Shown in pieces: positions 57,895-64,000 of a DNA stretch of 64,000 nucleotides (positions are counted from its first letter, which is position 1; every line of letters begins with the position of its first letter). Below the pieces are notes generated by a model. It was not told the DNA's origin, searched no databases, and worked only from the letters and a program-made list of their open reading frames with translations. The position numbers were made by a program, and so were the translations under genes. This DNA comes from a virus: IMG/VR virus record IMGVR_UViG_3300032006_002703, positions 43,411-107,410 of that record; one strand, 5' to 3'.

Positions 57895-58833
57895 ATGAAA
57901 TATCTTACCACTACTATATTAAGCATACTATTACTAACAACCTACTTGCCTGGAGAAGGTAAGAGCAGAAAAGAGGTGGCAGACCATTTGCAAAACATCT
58001 CTGTAACAATTAAATCTGAAGGTCGTTGGTCTAAATCTGAGGGCTCTGGCGTTTTAGTCAATAGAGAGATAGAGGGAGAGAAAATAACTTTTGTGTGGAC
58101 CGCTGCGCATGTCATAGATAACCTAAGGACAATTAGAGAGGTTGTAGACAGCGAAGGGAACACAAAAAAGCTTGTAGAATTTAGAGATGCCAGAATAGTA
58201 AAAGAGCTTGTAGAATCTGGTAGACGCGTAGGAGAAATAAAAATGGACGCTTCAGTAATTAAATATAGTGATGCGGAAAATGGCCACGACCTAGCCCTAC
58301 TAATGGTAAGAGCAAGGGATTATGGAAAAGATAGCGCCAAATTCTTAGAAAAAACAAAAGATGAAAAAATTGTTCCAATCGGCACTCGCCTCTATCACGT
58401 AGGAAGTCTCTTGGGACAAGTAGGCTCCAACAGCATGACTACAGGAATAGTTTCTCAAGTAGGGAGAGTTCTTGGAGATATTGCTCGGGGCGCAGAATTT
58501 GATCAAACAACAGTCACAGCATTCCCAGGAAGCAGCGGCGGTGGAGTTTTTCTTGAAAATGGGGAATATGTAGGGATGGTCGTTCGTGGCGCAGGAGAAG
58601 GATTTAATTTCATAGTCCCAATTCGACGCATGGAAGATTGGGCGAAAGAAAATAATATACTTTGGGCAATTGACACAAAAGTAAAAATGCCAACATTCAA
58701 TGAAATCAAAAAGATACCCGTTGAAGGAAATTCTGACGAAAAGAAAACTAGAGAACACGAAGGCTCAGAAGAAAACTTTTCCTCTCCAGCGGACCAGTTC
58801 CCATTCTTAATTAAAAAGACAAGTAAGAAATAA
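57895..58833 (+). CDS. Trypsin-like serine protease with N-terminal signal/TM
   Basis: GSGV, TAAHV, DLALL, PGSSGGG catalytic triad motifs; ATG 57895 lies 11 nt after GTGTAC. Confidence 0.88.
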   Translation: MKYLTTTILSILLLTTYLPGEGKSRKEVADHLQNISVTIKSEGRWSKSEGSGVLVNREIEGEKITFVWTAAHVIDNLRTIREVVDSEGNTKKLVEFRDARIVKELVESGRRVGEIKMDASVIKYSDAENGHDLALLMVRARDYGKDSAKFLEKTKDEKIVPIGTRLYHVGSLLGQVGSNSMTTGIVSQVGRVLGDIARGAEFDQTTVTAFPGSSGGGVFLENGEYVGMVVRGAGEGFNFIVPIRRMEDWAKENNILWAIDTKVKMPTFNEIKKIPVEGNSDEKKTREHEGSEENFSSPADQFPFLIKKTSKK

Positions 58834-58837
58834 GTAG

Positions 58838-58865
58838 TTGACTTAAGGAGGAAGTGACGTATAAT
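58838..58865 (+). promoter_or_regulatory. sigma70-type promoter
   Basis: TTGACT-16nt-TATAAT, 6 nt before ATG 58872. Confidence 0.72.
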
Positions 58866-58871
58866 ATATAA

Positions 58872-59441
58872 ATGTCACTTTCGCTTTATAAACCTAATAG
58901 TAAAAATACTGGTTGCGCATTCAATTTTAAGATTGGCACTAGTAAAAAACACGAACCGACACTATACGTCAGCTCTATCCAGCAGCACAGCTGGGACCCC
59001 AAGACAAATACTGGAAACTTCTCTGGAAACAAGGATGATACTGATAAAAACATCCATGTAAAATTTAATGAATGGGAAGTTGGAAGCATTATAAGCGCGT
59101 TCGATAATAGAACGGAGTATAGTACATTTCATGCGTTTGAGGAAAATAAAACAACCATCAAATTTACCCCATGGGATAAACAGGTTAAGGTCAAAAAGCA
59201 GGATCCTAAAACCAAGAAGTATGTGGAGGAGACGGTAATTTCTCCAGCATTCGGAATGGTATTTACTCGAAATGGAAACCAAAGCTTTAGAATCCCAATT
59301 GAGGCGGGAGAAGTAGAGACGATAAAACAATTCCTCAAAATGTTTTTGTCAAATTTAATGAATGACAGATATAAAAAGGAACAAGATCGAGTAAGTCAGG
59401 CGAAAGCTAAAGAGCCAGCAGGCGACCTACCCCCGTTTTAA
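58872..59441 (+). CDS. Hypothetical protein (possible nucleic-acid-binding; SSB-like DLPPF tail)
   Basis: Beta-rich ORF with terminal PF after an acidic residue; function speculative. Confidence 0.5.
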   Translation: MSLSLYKPNSKNTGCAFNFKIGTSKKHEPTLYVSSIQQHSWDPKTNTGNFSGNKDDTDKNIHVKFNEWEVGSIISAFDNRTEYSTFHAFEENKTTIKFTPWDKQVKVKKQDPKTKKYVEETVISPAFGMVFTRNGNQSFRIPIEAGEVETIKQFLKMFLSNLMNDRYKKEQDRVSQAKAKEPAGDLPPF

Positions 59442-59447
59442 GCAAAA

Positions 59448-61454
59448 ATGCCAATCCTAGGCGCTGCAATACATGACCTTTCAAAATTGCGAGCAGAGAC
59501 TTGGTCTGATAACAAAGGGTCTAGTACTATGAAAAAAAAGAAAATTTTATATCATAGCAATTACTGCAAGGCGTTTACGGGCTTTGGAAAAAATGCAAAA
59601 AATATATTATCCTACCTATCTAGAACAGGTAAGTATGAATTAGTAGAGTTTTGCAATGGGGTTAAGTGGGGAAATAAAGATCTAGAAATGCTCCCTTGGA
59701 CATGCGAAGGATCAATACCCGAAAACGATAGGTTGATACAAGAAATACAGAAAGACGAGACAAGAGCGAGGCAAATGGGTTATGGGGCAAATTGCATTGA
59801 TGATATAATTGAAAGAGAAAAGCCAGATATATATTTAGGAGTAGAGGACATTTGGGCGTTCTCAAAATACTGGGATAAAAAATGGTGGAATAAACTAAAT
59901 TGCATGGTTTGGACAACCCTGGACAGTTTGCCAATTTTACCAGACGCAGTAAAGGCAGCAGAAAAAATAAAGCACTATTATACCTGGTCAACATTTGCAA
60001 CAAGAGAGTTAAATAAACTAGGTCACAAGCACGTAGAGTGTTTACATGGCTCCGTAGACACAAAGACCTTCTTTAGATATCCTGATGAGGCAAGAAAAGA
60101 CATAAGAAAAGGGAATAACATTTCGGATGATGATTTCATAATAGGTTTTGTATTCAGAAATCAATTAAGGAAAAGTGCGCCCAATTTACTAGATGGGTTT
60201 AAGGAATTTTTACAAAGAAATCCAAAAGCAAAAGGAAAATTATTGTTGCATACTTCATGGTCAGAGGGTTGGGACATTCCAAGGCTACTACATGAAAAAG
60301 GGATAGATAAGTCCTTAGTCCTAACAACATATTTCTGTTCTAATTGTAATGCCTATGAAATAAAACCATTCGAGGGCGAGGATAAGAATAGCGGAGAGCG
60401 CCAGCCTTGTAAATTTTGCGGAGAGAAAAATAGTATGAATACAACCAGTGTTAAATCTGGAGTTAACGAAAGGCAGCTGAATGAGATATATAACGCTATG
60501 GATGTTTACTGTCACCCATTTACCAGTGGCGGGCAAGAGCTTCCAATTCAAGAAGCGAAACTAACGGAGCTTATTACTTTAGTTACAAACTATAGTTGCG
60601 GAGAGGATGGCTGCAATCAAGAAAGTGGAGGAATGCCTTTAGAGTGGGCGGAGTACAGGGAACCAGGAACTCAATTCATAAAAGCCAGCACACACCCATC
60701 CAGCATTGCAAGACAATTAACAAAAGTCCACAAAATGCCAAAAGATAAACGAAGAAGGATGGGACAAAAAGCAAGAAAATATGTCGTAGATAATTACAGT
60801 ATAGAAGTAATAGGCAAGCGCCTTGAAAACATTTTTGATTCAATGCCATTCTCAGATTGGGATTTTAATTTTGACTCCCTAAAACCAGACCCAACCTACA
60901 ATCCACCAGAAATAGAGAGTGACGAAGAATGGCTAATTGACATCTATCACAACATCTTAAAAATGAATGTAGATAAAGAGGAATCTGGACACAAACATTG
61001 GACAAAAGAATTAAAAAAAGGAAAAAGCAGGAATGACATCCTTCGGTATTTTAAAAAGGTTGCAGAGAAGGATCATGAGGCGGCAAATAAATTAAAAATC
61101 GAAGACTTTCTAGATAAAGAAGATGAAGGCAAGCGTGTCCTGTGTGTTATGCCTCAATCAATTGGGGATGTATTCCTGACAACCTCCTTAATTTCAAATA
61201 TTAAAAAAACTTATCCAGAGTATAACATATATTATGCGACCAAACAAGAATACTTTGAAATACTAGACGGGAACCCGCACATCCATAAGGTTATTCCATA
61301 CTCAAAAGAAATGGAAAACCTTGCAATACTAGAAGGGCAAGGAAAGCATAAGGGTTATTTTGAAATAGCATTCCTTCCATTTATTGGAACCCAGAGAATT
61401 TTAAATTATATGCACAACGGAAAAGATAAAATACAATTCGATATATGCACTTAA
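59448..61454 (+). CDS. GT4-like glycosyltransferase with CxxC insert and C-terminal GT9-like N-domain
   Basis: TGFG, FRNQLRK, CSNC..CKFC, GGQELPIQEA, then IGDVFLTT...YILDGNPHI-type motifs. Start may be ATG 59529. Confidence 0.8.
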   Translation: MPILGAAIHDLSKLRAETWSDNKGSSTMKKKKILYHSNYCKAFTGFGKNAKNILSYLSRTGKYELVEFCNGVKWGNKDLEMLPWTCEGSIPENDRLIQEIQKDETRARQMGYGANCIDDIIEREKPDIYLGVEDIWAFSKYWDKKWWNKLNCMVWTTLDSLPILPDAVKAAEKIKHYYTWSTFATRELNKLGHKHVECLHGSVDTKTFFRYPDEARKDIRKGNNISDDDFIIGFVFRNQLRKSAPNLLDGFKEFLQRNPKAKGKLLLHTSWSEGWDIPRLLHEKGIDKSLVLTTYFCSNCNAYEIKPFEGEDKNSGERQPCKFCGEKNSMNTTSVKSGVNERQLNEIYNAMDVYCHPFTSGGQELPIQEAKLTELITLVTNYSCGEDGCNQESGGMPLEWAEYREPGTQFIKASTHPSSIARQLTKVHKMPKDKRRRMGQKARKYVVDNYSIEVIGKRLENIFDSMPFSDWDFNFDSLKPDPTYNPPEIESDEEWLIDIYHNILKMNVDKEESGHKHWTKELKKGKSRNDILRYFKKVAEKDHEAANKLKIEDFLDKEDEGKRVLCVMPQSIGDVFLTTSLISNIKKTYPEYNIYYATKQEYFEILDGNPHIHKVIPYSKEMENLAILEGQGKHKGYFEIAFLPFIGTQRILNYMHNGKDKIQFDICT

Positions 61455-62662
61455 TAGAACAATATGCACTTAACTGTGGAGTTAAAATAGATCAGCCTCA
61501 AGTTGAAGAGAGCTTTTACCCAGTACCTTTTGAGAAATATATAACACTTCACGCGAGTAGCGGAATGGCGGCAAAAAACTACGATCATTACAATGATGTA
61601 ATGAAAATGATTTATCCCTATTTAAAAAAAGAGGGGATCGAAGTAATACAAATAGGAGGGGAATCAGATGCGCCCATCTCTTATGCCCATAGTTATCGAG
61701 GGACGACAACCCTTAAGCAAACTTTTTATTTAATTAAAAATTCACTATTGCACTTTGGGAACGATTCATTCAGCACTCATGTTGCATCAGGATATAATAA
61801 GCCGATAGTTTCCCTATATAGCGTTTTATACAAGGAGTGTTGCGGGCCCTACTTTGGAGACAAAGACATACAAGTCATGCTGGAGCCAGACATGACTAAT
61901 AAAAAATGCTCCTTTTCCGATAAAGAGAATCCTAAGAGAGTGAATGAGATTCTCCCAGAGGAGGTAGCAAGAAGCGTTTTGGATCAATTAAAAATAGAAC
62001 ATAACTTACATAGAATAAAAACAGTTCACATCGGGAGCTTTTTTCACACGCCGATCATAGAGGTTATTCCAAATTTTATTATGGATCCAGGCTTCATGTC
62101 TGGGTCGGTATTAAATATAAGAATGGACCTTGCTTTTGAAGAAAGAAATTTAGCACATTGGGCCCAACAGAAAAAAATTAACATTTTCACAGACAAGGAA
62201 ATAGAAACAACTTATTTAGTAGCCATAAAAGATCAAATAATGGGCATTACCTACGAAGTAGGGGTTGACTCCAGCCCAGAATATATATCCCAATTAAAAG
62301 CCCTAGGCTTCAATGTAGTACTTCACACAAAAGACAGGGATAACCTAAAAAGGATAAGATTAGACTTCTTCGATTGGCAGGTTCAGTATTTTGAACCTAA
62401 AACAAAAAAAATGCTTGACAATTACTCCGAATTATGTGATAATAGCCACTATGAAAGTTCAAAAATACTATTATCGAATGGACAAAAATATCCCTCCAAG
62501 GCTGCGTGGCTCAGAGACCTTCCTGGAGTGGATTCCGACCACCCGATTCTAGATTGTTCAGAATTTTGGGAAGAGCAAGATTACTTAAAAATATATAACG
62601 GAGAAATAGAAGATGGCACGGAAGAAAACACAAAATACCAGCGAGAGCACAGTAGAGAATAG
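61445..62662 (+). CDS. GT9-like glycosyltransferase domain protein
   Basis: ITLH.S....KNY, IQIGG, HFGNDSF..HVA....KPIVSLY. Confidence 0.75.
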   Translation: MHLIEQYALNCGVKIDQPQVEESFYPVPFEKYITLHASSGMAAKNYDHYNDVMKMIYPYLKKEGIEVIQIGGESDAPISYAHSYRGTTTLKQTFYLIKNSLLHFGNDSFSTHVASGYNKPIVSLYSVLYKECCGPYFGDKDIQVMLEPDMTNKKCSFSDKENPKRVNEILPEEVARSVLDQLKIEHNLHRIKTVHIGSFFHTPIIEVIPNFIMDPGFMSGSVLNIRMDLAFEERNLAHWAQQKKINIFTDKEIETTYLVAIKDQIMGITYEVGVDSSPEYISQLKALGFNVVLHTKDRDNLKRIRLDFFDWQVQYFEPKTKKMLDNYSELCDNSHYESSKILLSNGQKYPSKAAWLRDLPGVDSDHPILDCSEFWEEQDYLKIYNGEIEDGTEENTKYQREHSRE

Positions 62663-63422
62663 CGTAACAATTTCAGATGCAGGGGTGGATAACTCGTTTG
62701 GCCCTTCTTTATTCCAAAGAGACGAGAATGGTTTGCTAAAGAATACTCAGTACGAATTTAATGAAGACGGCTCCGTAAACTGGAGGGCGATGATTAAAGA
62801 GGAGCACCTCTTCCCCAATAAAGGCTGGTTTGAATCCAGAAAGAGGGAGGTTCCCTCTTCAGCGGAAGGCCTGGCAGATCATCAACTCTTGATTAAACTA
62901 AGTGGAATTAAGGAGCTTGCAAAACTTAGGGGATTTAATCACATTAGTTACCGAACGGAAAAATGCGAACAGAATCATGTTGCTGTAAATTGCACCATAA
63001 GTTTTATACCAAATTACGAAACAGGAGGAGCTTGCGTTTCATATGAAGATATGGCCAATGCAACGCTAGAAAACACAAGCAGTTTTGCAACTAAATTCCT
63101 AGAAACCATTGCCTGCAACAGAGCTTTTGTTAGAGCTGTTAGAAATTTTTTAAATGTTCACATTGTTGGCGATGATGAAATCGACAAGTCCAACAATCCA
63201 ATGATTACAGCATCAGCACCATCCTCACTTACCCCCTCCAGCATCCTAGAGAGTCAGGTTAGGGATAAGTTAAATTGCGGAAACTTCGATGCCTTTAAGC
63301 AGGTGCTAAGGAATTGGTGGCAAGAAAAGAAATACAACAATCAAGAGGTAGGCAAATGGGCCTCATTTGACGATGTCCCAGCAAAGGAAGCTAGGGTCTT
63401 ATTGAAACTCATAAATGATTGA
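62613..63422 (+). CDS. Hypothetical phage protein (possibly ssDNA-annealing-like)
   Basis: LLIKLSGIKELA, A.NRAFVRAVR weakly recall Rad52/Sak-type proteins. Confidence 0.45.
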   Translation: MARKKTQNTSESTVENSVTISDAGVDNSFGPSLFQRDENGLLKNTQYEFNEDGSVNWRAMIKEEHLFPNKGWFESRKREVPSSAEGLADHQLLIKLSGIKELAKLRGFNHISYRTEKCEQNHVAVNCTISFIPNYETGGACVSYEDMANATLENTSSFATKFLETIACNRAFVRAVRNFLNVHIVGDDEIDKSNNPMITASAPSSLTPSSILESQVRDKLNCGNFDAFKQVLRNWWQEKKYNNQEVGKWASFDDVPAKEARVLLKLIND

Positions 63423-63454
63423 TTTAAAGGCATATTGGTGTAATATAAACCAGT

Positions 63455-64000
63455 ATGCCTTTCGATTTACCACCAAACGCCAAGATTGGAGACGAATACG
63501 TTTTTGCGGGCCGTAAGTATATAGCTCGACAAGACCCAGCACCTCGTCGCCCAAGCGATTTTCGAACAAAAGACGAAGCTGTAGCGGCGTTTGTTCCAGA
63601 TATTTATAGACTAGAAAACGTAGGCTTAGCGAGCTGGACCGATGAAAGTCTTCGAGATCACTTCGAGAACAGCGGTTACAAAGAATGCAAATTTTACAAT
63701 CCATCTACAGGTCAATTCGAAAGCTTTCCTATTTACGAGCACTTTGCAAGGTGCAACTTTTTTTGGCCTTATAGTTCTGTAGAGGATCTAGGGGATCCAG
63801 TCCTTGCCCTCGAGGATGCTCTTCAAAATTTTAATCCTGAGGCATTTATCGCAGATAGCCTGTGGCCAGACCAAGCGAGTTTTGACGCATGGTATACAAC
63901 TAACCAATCGACAGCACACAATTGGATGACTCATTATCCAGATGTTAATTTCTATTCACAACAAGCAGGTAAAACTTGGGCGGATTACGGAATAACCCAA
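63455..64000 (+). CDS. Hypothetical protein (partial, runs off the window)
   Basis: Not in the ORF track; hand translation MPFDLPPNAKIGDEYVFAGRKY... is open to 64000; GTGTAA box 11 nt upstream. Confidence 0.75.
   Translation, partial: MPFDLPPNAKIGDEYVFAGRKYIARQDPAPRRPSDFRTKDEAVAAFVPDIYRLENVGLASWTDESLRDHFENSGYKECKFYNPSTGQFESFPIYEHFARCNFFWPYSSVEDLGDPVLALEDALQNFNPEAFIADSLWPDQASFDAWYTTNQSTAHNWMTHYPDVNFYSQQAGKTWADYGITQ

Noticed and set aside
1-64000. tRNA/rRNA genes, introns, inteins or stop-codon reassignment
   Set aside because: Intergenic gaps are short with no cloverleaf seen; enzymes have normal lengths; TAA, TAG and TGA all end genes at sensible positions.

Overview
The window is best read as a 64 kb internal segment of a large lytic tailed phage genome. 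It is AT-rich and densely coded, uses the standard genetic code, and has many ATGA/TAATG gene overlaps. I saw no ribosomal, tRNA, integrase or CRISPR features. A Tat-type DUF1501 gene suggests a PVC-superphylum host (Verrucomicrobia/Planctomycetes); this is inference. Layout, left to right: (1) a minus-strand block of exported/membrane proteins (VWA/TSP3 protein, HMA protein, DUF1501, lipoprotein, DUF2784); (2) an apparently intact fatty-acid beta-oxidation operon (thiolase, FadJ/FadB-type enzyme, acyl-CoA dehydrogenase) directly downstream of the replication genes (NUDIX, PD-(D/E)XK nuclease, primase, DnaB helicase, RecA-like); (3) a cassette of two DUF2827 glycosyltransferase-like genes, two sulfotransferases and a Ser/Thr-rich repeat fibre; (4) a plus-strand block with a probable portal and module-sharing virion/fibre proteins; (5) SG/TG-rich repeat proteins, a GT4, SSB, a sigma factor and a dNMP kinase; (6) a divergent intergenic region at about 46.8 kb with repeats, an HTH gene and an apparent strand-skew switch; (7) about 16 kb of glycan synthesis/modification genes. 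Two promoter classes are visible by eye. Near-consensus sigma70 promoters precede mostly replication/regulatory genes, and a recurrent GTGTAH box lies 8-12 nt before 11 other start codons (plus one variant). Both are positioned to give leaderless or near-leaderless mRNAs. All family assignments come from motif recognition, not database searches.
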